This document shows positions 35,909 to 45,210 of a DNA stretch of 49,028 nucleotides, one piece after another (the stretch's first letter is position 1; each line of letters opens with the position of its first letter). Both the position numbers and the translations under genes were made by a program. This stretch comes from a virus. Taxonomy: Duplodnaviria > Caudoviricetes. The stretch spans positions 1-49,028 of IMG/VR virus record IMGVR_UViG_3300005512_000052; one strand, given 5' to 3'. Below the pieces are notes generated by a model, which did not search any database, was not told the origin of the DNA, and saw only the letters and a list, made by a program, of their open reading frames with translations.

Positions 35909-37063
35909 ATGATGACAACAAAAAGTCATGCTCAGACAATAAACGAGCAATACAATAAAACAGAATCCAATTTTATCAGTCTAAATGACAGATTAAAAGA
36001 AGCATTGGATCTATCACCTATGTACAACAACACACTCACAGCAGTGGTTGATGAATTCAAAAGAAGAAATACTCAATGGAAAAAATTTTCCGATCTTCAT
36101 CTTTGCGAAGCAGTTCAAGTAGCAATGAAAGATATATGGATAGATACCACAATGCAGAGAAATGTGAACATGGAACACATCACAGATATTTTACAATACT
36201 TCAGCGAAACAATGGTAATGCCCATACAGGTGTACAAAGATGAAGATAGATACATTGCCTGGGACGGACAACACACTGCCATAGTATTATACATTTTGCT
36301 GACTAGAGTGTTTGGTGAAAGACTGGCAGACGCTATTGTGCCTGTGGTGGTATATTCAACCAAACAGAAAACAGAGATACGTAGAAACTTTATCTTGTTG
36401 AATGGTAATGCCAAGAAACCTTTGGAGTTTATAGACATATACAAACAGCAGGTGTATGGTGTTAAGGTAGATGGATCCAATGATCCTGAATGGACAGCAA
36501 CCGCACAGAAGAATGATTACTTCGCAGAAGCAGGATTATTTGTAACCAACAATAAATTTGGTGATGAAGATCAACCTGGTGCTTTCACACTGTTGGCAGA
36601 TACCTTAATGAGTAAATCATTGAAGACAAGAAAAGATTCAGCAGTGGCAAAAATGTTTGCTCAATACTGGACCTATCTCAATCAAAAACGTCCTGTGGAT
36701 CCCAAGGAGGCTAGGCAATTGTTTGAATATTTTAATCTATGCCATGAACAAGACATCAACGTGGATGAGCAATATCTTCTGGATTTTGTGGCATTCACCA
36801 AAGAATACTTTGAAGCAGACTTCAGTCCCAATGGACCTTTTTGGCAAAAAGTCAGTCAAGCATACACTAACTGGTATGTGAAAAAGAATGAAGGCACAGA
36901 TGATTTGGACAAAGATGGTAACATCATTGTGAGAGGGTTCACAACAGAGATGAGATGTGGACTGCCTTTCATAATTGCTCAAATCAAAAAGAGCACCAAA
37001 CTGAAAGCACCCAAGTACACACCCAACAATGGTTTCGCAGTTAGTAAGGATATGTTATGGTAA
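35909..37063 (+). CDS. ParB/Srx-fold (DGQH-motif) protein
   Basis: IDTTMQR and YIAWDGQHT motifs, typical of the ParB/DndB/DUF262 superfamily. Confidence 0.7.
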   Translation: MMTTKSHAQTINEQYNKTESNFISLNDRLKEALDLSPMYNNTLTAVVDEFKRRNTQWKKFSDLHLCEAVQVAMKDIWIDTTMQRNVNMEHITDILQYFSETMVMPIQVYKDEDRYIAWDGQHTAIVLYILLTRVFGERLADAIVPVVVYSTKQKTEIRRNFILLNGNAKKPLEFIDIYKQQVYGVKVDGSNDPEWTATAQKNDYFAEAGLFVTNNKFGDEDQPGAFTLLADTLMSKSLKTRKDSAVAKMFAQYWTYLNQKRPVDPKEARQLFEYFNLCHEQDINVDEQYLLDFVAFTKEYFEADFSPNGPFWQKVSQAYTNWYVKKNEGTDDLDKDGNIIVRGFTTEMRCGLPFIIAQIKKSTKLKAPKYTPNNGFAVSKDMLW

Positions 37064-37521
37064 AATTGAGAGACCCAAACAAAGACGAACGTAAAAGTAT
37101 TGCGGTGCTGAAAGAACAGCATCGCAAAAACAAAACCTGTGCGTTGGTGGATTGTGATGAACCCATATCGGTTTTTGAAGGACCTGGTTCAGATTCATTG
37201 TGTAGAGCACATCAATTGGAGTGCGTGGAATATGGTGGTATGGGTAAAGCAGAAAGACCACACACATTCTACAGAGGTTGGGAGTGTGCCAATTGCGGAT
37301 ATGATCCTAGAACAGATGTTTTAAGATTTGGACACATAGAAGATGAGTACCACAAACTGAGAGCCATGCGTGGTGTAATGCATGGAGACCATATACACCT
37401 AAAAAGCAGAGGTGGAAACGACTCCAAAAGCAACATACAAACCCTGTGTGTACTGTGTCATATGGCAAAAACCTATGGTGAAAAGGACTATTTAGGGCAA
37501 AAAAAGTTATCCACAGACTAA
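37057..37521 (+). CDS. HNH endonuclease with zinc-binding Cys motifs
   Basis: CANC, GDHIHLKSRGGNDSKSNIQTLCVLCHMAKT; overlaps the upstream gene. Confidence 0.85.
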   Translation: MVKLRDPNKDERKSIAVLKEQHRKNKTCALVDCDEPISVFEGPGSDSLCRAHQLECVEYGGMGKAERPHTFYRGWECANCGYDPRTDVLRFGHIEDEYHKLRAMRGVMHGDHIHLKSRGGNDSKSNIQTLCVLCHMAKTYGEKDYLGQKKLSTD

Positions 37522-37541
37522 AAACCCGCATAAACATTGAC
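37515..37541 (+). repeat. Direct repeat, copy 2 (27 bp)
   Basis: AGACTAAAAACCCGCATAAACATTGAC. Confidence 0.85.
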
Positions 37542-37628
37542 GTTTTTGACCAATCTTTTTGGTTGACTTTTTGGTACCTTAGACATTATAATTAAATTAT
37601 AACAAGGCAACAAACAAAGAGGCACAAA

Positions 37629-38033
37629 ATGACATACGTAATATACAGAACAGACACAACAGAAATAGTAAGCGAAAAACAATATGCTTACAGAGGACAA
37701 ATCCACAAAACATTAGGACACGCAAAAGCATCTTTAACTAGAATCCGTAAGAAGTTCGCGGAAGGTTTTGCTAAAAAAGAACCATATTCAACTTTCAGAT
37801 TTAAAGGTTTAGGTTTACACGAAAATGGTAAAACTGGCAGACAAGCAGAAGGTGAACTGACAGGCGAAATGGTTGAGATGAAAATCGTGGATTTAGAAAC
37901 TTACAGAAAGTCAATCGAAGCAACTGAGATCGTTTACAGCATATTTGACAAGGATCAAAAGAAACCTATCAAACAGAGTGTAAACACTCCGCACTTTTTA
38001 TCACCAAGTTCAGAAACATATTGGAGTATGTAA
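37629..38033 (+). CDS. Hypothetical early protein
   Basis: TTGACT..TATAAT promoter upstream; C-terminal NTP...PSSETYWSM motif. Confidence 0.75.
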   Translation: MTYVIYRTDTTEIVSEKQYAYRGQIHKTLGHAKASLTRIRKKFAEGFAKKEPYSTFRFKGLGLHENGKTGRQAEGELTGEMVEMKIVDLETYRKSIEATEIVYSIFDKDQKKPIKQSVNTPHFLSPSSETYWSM

Positions 38034-38509
38034 TGGATATAAAAAGTACAGAAAAATATTTAGAAACAATAATGAATCAATTCAGCAACAACTATAAAAA
38101 AGGAAACACAATGTACCAAGAAGATGTAAAAGAAGATGTTAAAAAAGTAGTAAAATTTGTAAATGCAAAAGCAGATCCTGCCAAGATATGGGAAGATGCT
38201 TGGAAGACGGCTGTGAAGGCAGTGGACGACTATATGGTGGGTAAAGAAGAACCTATGTACTGTGGCTTCGCCAATGTATCAATCAGACCTGCGAGAGGTA
38301 AATTTGTTACATATCTTAAGAAGCAAGGTATTGGTGATTCTGGTTGGAATGGTGGATACAGAATATCTTACTATGACATTATGCCACCTGTACACAAATA
38401 CAGACACACTCAATCAATGGACATCAAGGAAGTGGCTTGTGATGCCTTTGCTAAAGTATTAGAAAACCAATATGGATTGACTGCATACAGTGAAAGTAGA
38501 GCAGATTAA
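38033..38509 (+). CDS. Hypothetical protein
   Basis: TAATG coupling; CGFA..QSMDIKE..SRAD motif. Confidence 0.75.
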   Translation: MDIKSTEKYLETIMNQFSNNYKKGNTMYQEDVKEDVKKVVKFVNAKADPAKIWEDAWKTAVKAVDDYMVGKEEPMYCGFANVSIRPARGKFVTYLKKQGIGDSGWNGGYRISYYDIMPPVHKYRHTQSMDIKEVACDAFAKVLENQYGLTAYSESRAD

Positions 38510-38584
38510 TTGGTTGACTTTTTGGTCATCAGAAACTATAATAATAACATAAGGCAAACAAACTAAGGCAACAAAAGGGCACAA

Positions 38585-39589
38585 ATGAAAAACACAATAT
38601 ACTTACTAGAAGGCACTTACAGAAACCGAACTGTAGAGAACCAAACTTTTCAACTTGTAAAAGGCTACCAACCTCATCCACACAAACAGGGTGGTTTTAT
38701 CACAGTTAAAATAGATGACTTGGATCAATATCCAGGTGCTACAAAAAATCAAATCAGAATCAATGTGGAAAACGAGAATCAATTGAGAGATTCTGCTCCA
38801 GAGCAACCCAAAGAGGAGTCAGATGCTGAAACTGTGGAAAGAATGAGAAAGAGATTCACAATCCTAGACAGTATGACTAAGGCTTGTAAAAAAGGTGATG
38901 TGAGAGCAATGATTGTTTCAGGACCTCCAGGTGTTGGTAAATCCCACGGTGTTGAAACTGTGTTGGACAGATACGGAGTTGTGAGCACATTAGGTAACAC
39001 AAAACCTAAATATGAAATTGTTAAAGGTGCTATGAGTCCGATTGGATTGTACTGTAAACTGTACAACTATTCAAATGCTGACAATGTGTTGGTGTTTGAT
39101 GATTGTGATTCAATTTTATTGGATGATTTAAGTTTGAACATATTGAAGGCGGCACTGGACTCTAAAAAAGTGAGACGTATCTGTTGGAACACAGACAGTC
39201 ATATGTTGAGAAGAGAAGGTGTGCCTGATAGTTTTGAATTCGCTGGTTCAGTGATATTCATTACCAACATAAAATTTGACAATGTGAAGAGCAAAAAATT
39301 AAGAGATCACTTGGAAGCATTGGAAAGCAGATGTCATTACATAGACTTGACAATAGACACAATTAGAGAAAAGATTTTGAGAATCAAACAGATTGTGACA
39401 GATGGTATGTTAAAGTCTTATGCTTTACCTACAGAAACTGAACAATCAATTGTGGCTTTCGTAGATGAATACAAAAGACAGTTGAGAGAAATCAGTCTTA
39501 GAACTGTGTTAAAAATTGCTGATTTGGCAAAAGCATTTCCAGAAAATTGGAAAGAAATGGCAAAAAGCACAGTGTTGAAACCGGTATAG
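38585..39589 (+). CDS. AAA+ ATPase
   Basis: Walker A GPPGVGKS, Walker B VFDDCD, FITN, ALESR. Confidence 0.85.
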   Translation: MKNTIYLLEGTYRNRTVENQTFQLVKGYQPHPHKQGGFITVKIDDLDQYPGATKNQIRINVENENQLRDSAPEQPKEESDAETVERMRKRFTILDSMTKACKKGDVRAMIVSGPPGVGKSHGVETVLDRYGVVSTLGNTKPKYEIVKGAMSPIGLYCKLYNYSNADNVLVFDDCDSILLDDLSLNILKAALDSKKVRRICWNTDSHMLRREGVPDSFEFAGSVIFITNIKFDNVKSKKLRDHLEALESRCHYIDLTIDTIREKILRIKQIVTDGMLKSYALPTETEQSIVAFVDEYKRQLREISLRTVLKIADLAKAFPENWKEMAKSTVLKPV

Positions 39590-39602
39590 GAGATTGACAA
39601 TT

Positions 39603-40964
39603 ATGGTAAAAGATAATAAAATTAACAAAATGAGAACACAACCGCAAGATGTTATTGCTAAACTAGAAGCAGACAATAGTAGACTGGCTAAAGAAAAGAT
39701 ATTGCTGGATGCTATGAACGAAGGTCTGGATGAATTCTTTGAAGGATTGAAGATGTGTTTGGACAAACTGTACACATTTGGAGTCAAACAAGTGCCTATC
39801 AAAGATGATGTTATTTCAGCACAAGGTTGTAAATGGGAAATTTTTAAAGAACTGGCTGAAAAATTACACGCAAGAGAACTAACAGGACACGCGGCAAGAG
39901 ATGCCATTAACCTTGTGATGAGTTCTGCCACTGCTGAACAGTGGAATGGTTTCTACAGAAGAATATTGATTAAGGATTTAAGATGCGGAGTTTCAGAAAA
40001 AACTGTGAACTCTGTGGCTAAAAAGAACAAGTTTGGCAAGTACATGGTGCCCGTGTTTACTTGCCAACTTGCCCATGACTCAACAAACCATGAGAAGAAG
40101 TTGGTGGGCGAGAAGATGTTGGAAGTGAAACTGGATGGCGTGAGAGTGATTACTATTGTGTATCCAGATGGCAAAGTTGATATGTTCAGTCGTAATGGCA
40201 AAGAGTTCACAAACTTTGGACACATACAAGAACAAATATCTAAAGTAGTTAAAAACAGTCCTCCACCATATCCTGTGGTGTTGGATGGTGAAGTGATGAG
40301 TGAGAACTTTCAGGACTTAATGAAACAGGTACACAGAAAAGAAGGTGGCAATGCCAAAGATGCTGTGCTTCATTTGTTTGATTTCTTACCATTGGAAGAC
40401 TTCAAAAAAGGCACATGGGACAAGAGTCAGACTTTAAGAACACAGATGTTGAAGGCATGGTATGAACAGCACAAAACCAATTTAAACGCCGTTACAGTGC
40501 TGGACCATGAAATTGTGAACTTAGACACACCTGAAGGTCAAAAGACGTACACAGAGGTGAATAAGAGGGCAGTAGAAGGTGGTTATGAGGGTATTATGAT
40601 TAAAGATACCAATGCTCCATATGAATGTAAAAGAAGTCATGCTTGGTTAAAATTGAAGCCGTTTATTGAAGTCAGTTTGACTGTGAAAGCCACAGAAGAA
40701 GGCACAGGTAGAAATGTGGGCAAACTGGGTGCTTTAATTTGTGAAGGTGAAGATGATGGCAAACTGATTAAAACTAATGTGGGATCTGGTTTGACAGATG
40801 ACAACAGAGATGAATTTTGGAAACACAAGGATCAATTGATTGGTCAGATAGTGGAAGTGAGAGCAGATGCTGTCACAAAGAATCAGGACAGTGAAACAGA
40901 ATACTCATTGAGATTTCCAAGATTCATGAGATTCAGAGGATTTGAAATTGGCGAAAAAATCTAA
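39603..40964 (+). CDS. lig: ATP-dependent DNA ligase
   Basis: EVKLDGVR, LDGE, EGIMIK, WLKLK, VGSG, LRFPRF. Confidence 0.95.
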   Translation: MVKDNKINKMRTQPQDVIAKLEADNSRLAKEKILLDAMNEGLDEFFEGLKMCLDKLYTFGVKQVPIKDDVISAQGCKWEIFKELAEKLHARELTGHAARDAINLVMSSATAEQWNGFYRRILIKDLRCGVSEKTVNSVAKKNKFGKYMVPVFTCQLAHDSTNHEKKLVGEKMLEVKLDGVRVITIVYPDGKVDMFSRNGKEFTNFGHIQEQISKVVKNSPPPYPVVLDGEVMSENFQDLMKQVHRKEGGNAKDAVLHLFDFLPLEDFKKGTWDKSQTLRTQMLKAWYEQHKTNLNAVTVLDHEIVNLDTPEGQKTYTEVNKRAVEGGYEGIMIKDTNAPYECKRSHAWLKLKPFIEVSLTVKATEEGTGRNVGKLGALICEGEDDGKLIKTNVGSGLTDDNRDEFWKHKDQLIGQIVEVRADAVTKNQDSETEYSLRFPRFMRFRGFEIGEKI

Positions 40965-41148
40965 AAAGCATATGATTACAGGTTACGAAAATATTAAATT
41001 AACGCAATGGGATGGGCCTCCATACTCATACTCAGTAAAGGTGAATGGCACACTGAAAAGAATGCAGGGATTTGATGAAGATCACATTAAAGAGCAACTA
41101 TGGCCTAGAAAACCCAAAATGATAAAAAAATTGAAAGATGATAATTGA
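40942..41148 (+). CDS. Hypothetical protein
   Basis: Gap-filling ORF; start uncertain. Confidence 0.55.
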   Translation: MKLAKKSKKHMITGYENIKLTQWDGPPYSYSVKVNGTLKRMQGFDEDHIKEQLWPRKPKMIKKLKDDN

Positions 41149-41542
41149 TAAGATAAAACAGATGGGTGAAGAACTTTCCATGTTGGATGGACATGAGAGA
41201 TTACAATATCTAGTGGACAAAGCACGTGAAGTTGAACCTTTACCTGAATCTGCTAAGATAGAACAGAACAGGATTCATGGTTGTGCCAGCAAGTTATGGA
41301 TTATAGGTGGTGCAGATAGTGAAAATAAAATGAGATATCATGCTGACGGTGATGCCTTCATAACCAGAGGCACTGCCAAGGTAGTGACTGATTTGGTTAA
41401 CGGTTGTCACAAGAGTGAAGTTGCCCATTGCACTGTGGAAAGTTTTACTGATTTAGGTATTAAAGAATTACTCACAGCACAAAGACAAAATGGACTGGGT
41501 GAATTGATTAACAGAATAATAAGGATAGCACAGAATGCCTAA
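41138..41542 (+). CDS. sufE: SufE family Fe-S sulfur acceptor
   Basis: RIHGCASKLW, DGDAFITRG, RQNGL. Confidence 0.9.
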   Translation: MIIDKIKQMGEELSMLDGHERLQYLVDKAREVEPLPESAKIEQNRIHGCASKLWIIGGADSENKMRYHADGDAFITRGTAKVVTDLVNGCHKSEVAHCTVESFTDLGIKELLTAQRQNGLGELINRIIRIAQNA

Positions 41543-41726
41543 AGAATTAGAAATTATCAAAAAAGCAATGGCTGATAATAAAAAAGTTTTTTTAAAAGAG
41601 ATGAAACAAATCAACGATAAGATTGATAATTTGGATACAAGATTAACCAAACACATCGATTTTATTGAAAAAGTTTATATGCCTTTACAAAACAGCATAG
41701 ACAAATTCAAACGTTTTTTTAAGTAG
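41535..41726 (+). CDS. Small coiled-coil protein
   Basis: 63-aa ORF. Confidence 0.65.
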   Translation: MPKELEIIKKAMADNKKVFLKEMKQINDKIDNLDTRLTKHIDFIEKVYMPLQNSIDKFKRFFK

Positions 41727-41733
41727 GAAGAAA

Positions 41734-42099
41734 ATGTACAAGATAATAAAATATATGTTGCCGGAACTGTTCAATGAAGACAAAGCATTTCAAGGTGGCA
41801 TACCCAAAGTGACTAGATTTCAGATACTGATGGTGCTGGCAACCATGTGGGCTTTTATATTTGCCCTAATCACACAGAGTTTTATCAGTATTGGTATTAA
41901 TATCACAACCAGTTTGATAGCACACGCATTGGTGATAGGTGGCATCATATTCACCAGAAAGAATCTAAACATTAACTATAAATTTGATTCATATCACAGT
42001 GTGGGCAGACAGAGAGGTTATACTTGGGCAAGGGACAAGCAAGGTAATCCCTACAAGGTACCACTTGATCCCAACGATCCTGGGGGAGAACACGAATAA
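41734..42099 (+). CDS. Membrane protein
   Basis: Two TM helices; C-terminal DPGGEHE. Confidence 0.7.
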   Translation: MYKIIKYMLPELFNEDKAFQGGIPKVTRFQILMVLATMWAFIFALITQSFISIGINITTSLIAHALVIGGIIFTRKNLNINYKFDSYHSVGRQRGYTWARDKQGNPYKVPLDPNDPGGEHE

Positions 42100-42174
42100 T
42101 GAAGTACAATCCTTTCGACAGTTTTGATTGTAATTGGAGTCAGTATTTCAAACCCAAAAAGAAAAAGGCAAAAA

Positions 42175-42756
42175 ATGGAAAAAACAAAACCAACAAGTCA
42201 AGAAAAACAAGAACTGGTAGATAATATCAAGCACGGATTCAGACCCGAGGACGTGTTGATCAGAATCACACCTCAACACAAGAAGAGCATCACTCAAGAG
42301 GTTCAACTGTACAATGTGCCCGCAAATGAGCCAGGTCACAGATTTGTGATAGTTCAGGAAACTTACCGTTGGGGTTATGGCTACAAGGAAGGTGATGACA
42401 TGAATTGGCCCAATCAGTTCAAAACTAACCAACACTACTGTGACAGCACAATAGGACACGGTGCTGAACTGGACGATTTGATTGGTGTATGGTTTGATTA
42501 TGATGGTGATTGGACCGATGAGCAGAAAGAAGAGTTTGAAGATCATTGGTACAATGGTGATCCCGAAGACGATGATGGCAGATCAGGCATGGCATGGTTG
42601 TATGACTATCAGGACTACTGGCAGATCGAAGAAGAGAATCTGATCATTGATGGTCCATTCAAATATGATATCATTGACAAAACTCAATACAATAAAATTT
42701 ACATAGAAAATTGGCAACCAACAAAGACAGAAGATGATAAAGAAAGTATCAAGTAA
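42175..42756 (+). CDS. Acidic hypothetical protein
   Basis: Likely start MEKTKPTSQEKQELV at 42175. Confidence 0.7.
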   Translation: MEKTKPTSQEKQELVDNIKHGFRPEDVLIRITPQHKKSITQEVQLYNVPANEPGHRFVIVQETYRWGYGYKEGDDMNWPNQFKTNQHYCDSTIGHGAELDDLIGVWFDYDGDWTDEQKEEFEDHWYNGDPEDDDGRSGMAWLYDYQDYWQIEEENLIIDGPFKYDIIDKTQYNKIYIENWQPTKTEDDKESIK

Positions 42757-43432
42757 AAAGAAAAAAGAGTTAGTCAAAGCCATAAAGAATCCCAACAGAT
42801 ATTTCAGGTTGGACTTTGGTAGATATGGCGGTGAAGTTGCCATGGGAGAGATCACCAAAGAACAGTACACATTCTGGGAAGGCAAGGATGAAGAATTTGC
42901 TGACCATATGAGAAATATAGAATTCGAAGATCCAGAGGTGTACAATAAAGGAGTGCCTGTTGAAGCAAGAATAGACAAACCTTTTTACGACTTTGAAGAC
43001 ATCTGTCACCTCAGTGGTCCAGAATGGTCAGAAGGACAAATAATGACTATTACAGAAGTGGACAAAGACGGCAATGCATTACGCAATGATGACGGCACAT
43101 ACATGGAAGATGAACAGCATGAGTTGGGTACCCTGGTAGACAAGGGTGCTGAAATAGATTGTAAAGCCGAGCATTTGGTGGATTCAGAATCGTGCAAAGA
43201 CAAATACTATTTCTTTGGACAATATTTCAACAAGGGTGGCTGGTACACAGAAGGTTTGATCAAAACTGATCACAGGGGTTTTGATTTTAAGAAACTTAAA
43301 ATTGACTATGAAAATGCTGACGGGTTCAGAGTGTTCAGTCACATCACCTACAATGGTGAAGAAATGTTTCTTGAAGAAGACTCAACCGGCAAAAGTTCTT
43401 GTTTTTATGTGATGGAAGGAGATGATGTCTAA
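42734..43432 (+). CDS. Acidic hypothetical protein, paralog of 26151-26867
   Basis: Shared AMGEIT..Y..W and KG.WY motifs. Confidence 0.75.
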   Translation: MIKKVSSKKKKELVKAIKNPNRYFRLDFGRYGGEVAMGEITKEQYTFWEGKDEEFADHMRNIEFEDPEVYNKGVPVEARIDKPFYDFEDICHLSGPEWSEGQIMTITEVDKDGNALRNDDGTYMEDEQHELGTLVDKGAEIDCKAEHLVDSESCKDKYYFFGQYFNKGGWYTEGLIKTDHRGFDFKKLKIDYENADGFRVFSHITYNGEEMFLEEDSTGKSSCFYVMEGDDV

Positions 43433-44019
43433 TGATTAGACACGAAATATTTCCTGTGCCCATTTGGCAGTTTGAAAACAAAGATTCAAACACTGTAAAG
43501 CAAACACTGGTTCCACTATTCAAAGAAATTGAAATGAAAAATCCCAATCCCAATGTGAAATATACGGTGGATGGGTACACAAGTTTCGGACCCATCACAA
43601 ATATTTTAGATTACGACGAATGTAAAGATTTAAAAAATTTTATCATGGGCAATGTGGTAGAAGCAGTCAAAGATCTAGGATTGGAAGGTTATTGTAATCT
43701 AACTGGCAGTTGGTTCAACATCAATAGAAAATACAGCAGTCATGGTGAACACAATCATATTCCAGACACCATCAGTGGAATATATTATGTGCAGGCTGAT
43801 GAAGAGGATGCTAGAATCAGTTTCCATGATCAAAACAAAAGCAGTAATTGGCCTTGGAAGAGTGGAGTGATAGATAGTGCTTACACTAAAAATATTGTGA
43901 GTTTCCAACCAAACACAGGTAGACTGTACCTATTTCCCAGTTACATCACACATTCAGTAGAACAACAATTGAAAGATCAAGAAAGGGTAAGCATCAGTTT
44001 TAATGCTTATGTACAGTGA
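43432..44019 (+). CDS. Fe(II)/2OG oxygenase (TIGR02466-like)
   Basis: WFNIN..HNH..ISGIYY..FPSYITHSV..RVSISFN. Confidence 0.88.
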   Translation: MIRHEIFPVPIWQFENKDSNTVKQTLVPLFKEIEMKNPNPNVKYTVDGYTSFGPITNILDYDECKDLKNFIMGNVVEAVKDLGLEGYCNLTGSWFNINRKYSSHGEHNHIPDTISGIYYVQADEEDARISFHDQNKSSNWPWKSGVIDSAYTKNIVSFQPNTGRLYLFPSYITHSVEQQLKDQERVSISFNAYVQ

Positions 44020-44093
44020 TGGAGTTAATTGTGTTTGCCACTGTGTTTACATTATTGGTCTTGCTGACAGGATGGAGAGGACCTAGAATATGA
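44019..44093 (+). CDS. 24-aa membrane peptide
   Basis: MELIVFATVFTLLVLLTGWRGPRI; TGATG and ATGA coupling at the two ends. Confidence 0.5.
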   Translation: MELIVFATVFTLLVLLTGWRGPRI

Positions 44094-44320
44094 AATCATT
44101 CACAGTTGAAATAAGAACAGGCGACAAAGTGGAAGTGGGACGTTTTAGAAATGTACAAGCCACTGTTAAATCCATTGAAACAGATGAACATGGACAACCT
44201 GTTATTGTTACTTCCAAAGGCAAAAAGAAGTTGTTCAGTTGTAGACTGATGAAGTTGTCACCTGGAGCAAAAACCCCAAAACAGATCCTTTTAGAAAGAA
44301 ATCGAAAGAAAAAGTCTTGA
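44090..44320 (+). CDS. Small SH3/KOW-like hypothetical protein
   Basis: GDKVEVGRF..DEHGQP; GAGG SD. Confidence 0.65.
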   Translation: MKSFTVEIRTGDKVEVGRFRNVQATVKSIETDEHGQPVIVTSKGKKKLFSCRLMKLSPGAKTPKQILLERNRKKKS

Positions 44321-44354
44321 TTTTTACTTCAAGAGACTATATATCAGTTATAGT

Positions 44355-45200
44355 ATGGAAGAAACTCAAGAAATAAAAAGACCCACAATACAAGAACGAA
44401 TCAAAAAAAGAGTCCACGAGATATTGGAACCTATTGAAGATTGGTTGGATAGATATCTAACACACCCAGACAAATTCAATCCAGACAAATTCAAATTGAT
44501 AGACATATTTAAAAAACAACAAGTAGGTGGTGTTCATGCTAGAAAAATAATGGAAATGTATGAACCACAATATCAAGAGTACAAAGAACTATTGACACTG
44601 CGTTCTAAAAATTTACAGTTTAAAGAAATCACAGATGAAGAAGATCACGACTCTGATGACAGACAACTGTTGGAATCCTATGAAGATGTGGATGATGAAA
44701 CAATTCAAAAAGGAATAAGAGCATATGATAATATCTTTGAAGCCTGTGACAGAATGATCGATATTGCCAATGCCAATCGTAAACCTCGCAAAAAGAAAGA
44801 AAAATCTCCAGAACAATTGGTGGCAAAAATGCAGTTCAAACAGCAAGATGAAAAGATGGGATTGAACAGCATCAATCCTGCTGAAATCATATATGCTGAA
44901 CAACTGTGGGTGTACAATGTAAAAACAAGGAAATTGGGTCACTACATAGCAAAGACATTGGATCCCAGAGGAATGAATAGACCAGGCACAGGACTCACAG
45001 TCAAAGGCACATCCATCAAAGGATTTGATGAAGAAAACAGCATACAAAAGACCTTGAGAAAGCCCGAACAGCAGTTGAAGGAATTTGCTGATTCAGGCCC
45101 TAAAAAGGTGCTGGAATTCTATGATGCTATTAAAACCATAGGTGTCAAACTGAATGGTCGAGTGAATAACGAAGTGATTTTGTTAAGAGCAGTTAGATAA
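44355..45200 (+). CDS. Conserved T4-like phage hypothetical protein
   Basis: LWVYNVKTRKL, KTLRKPE and NGRVN motifs. Confidence 0.8.
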   Translation: MEETQEIKRPTIQERIKKRVHEILEPIEDWLDRYLTHPDKFNPDKFKLIDIFKKQQVGGVHARKIMEMYEPQYQEYKELLTLRSKNLQFKEITDEEDHDSDDRQLLESYEDVDDETIQKGIRAYDNIFEACDRMIDIANANRKPRKKKEKSPEQLVAKMQFKQQDEKMGLNSINPAEIIYAEQLWVYNVKTRKLGHYIAKTLDPRGMNRPGTGLTVKGTSIKGFDEENSIQKTLRKPEQQLKEFADSGPKKVLEFYDAIKTIGVKLNGRVNNEVILLRAVR

Positions 45201-45210
45201 ATAACTGTAT

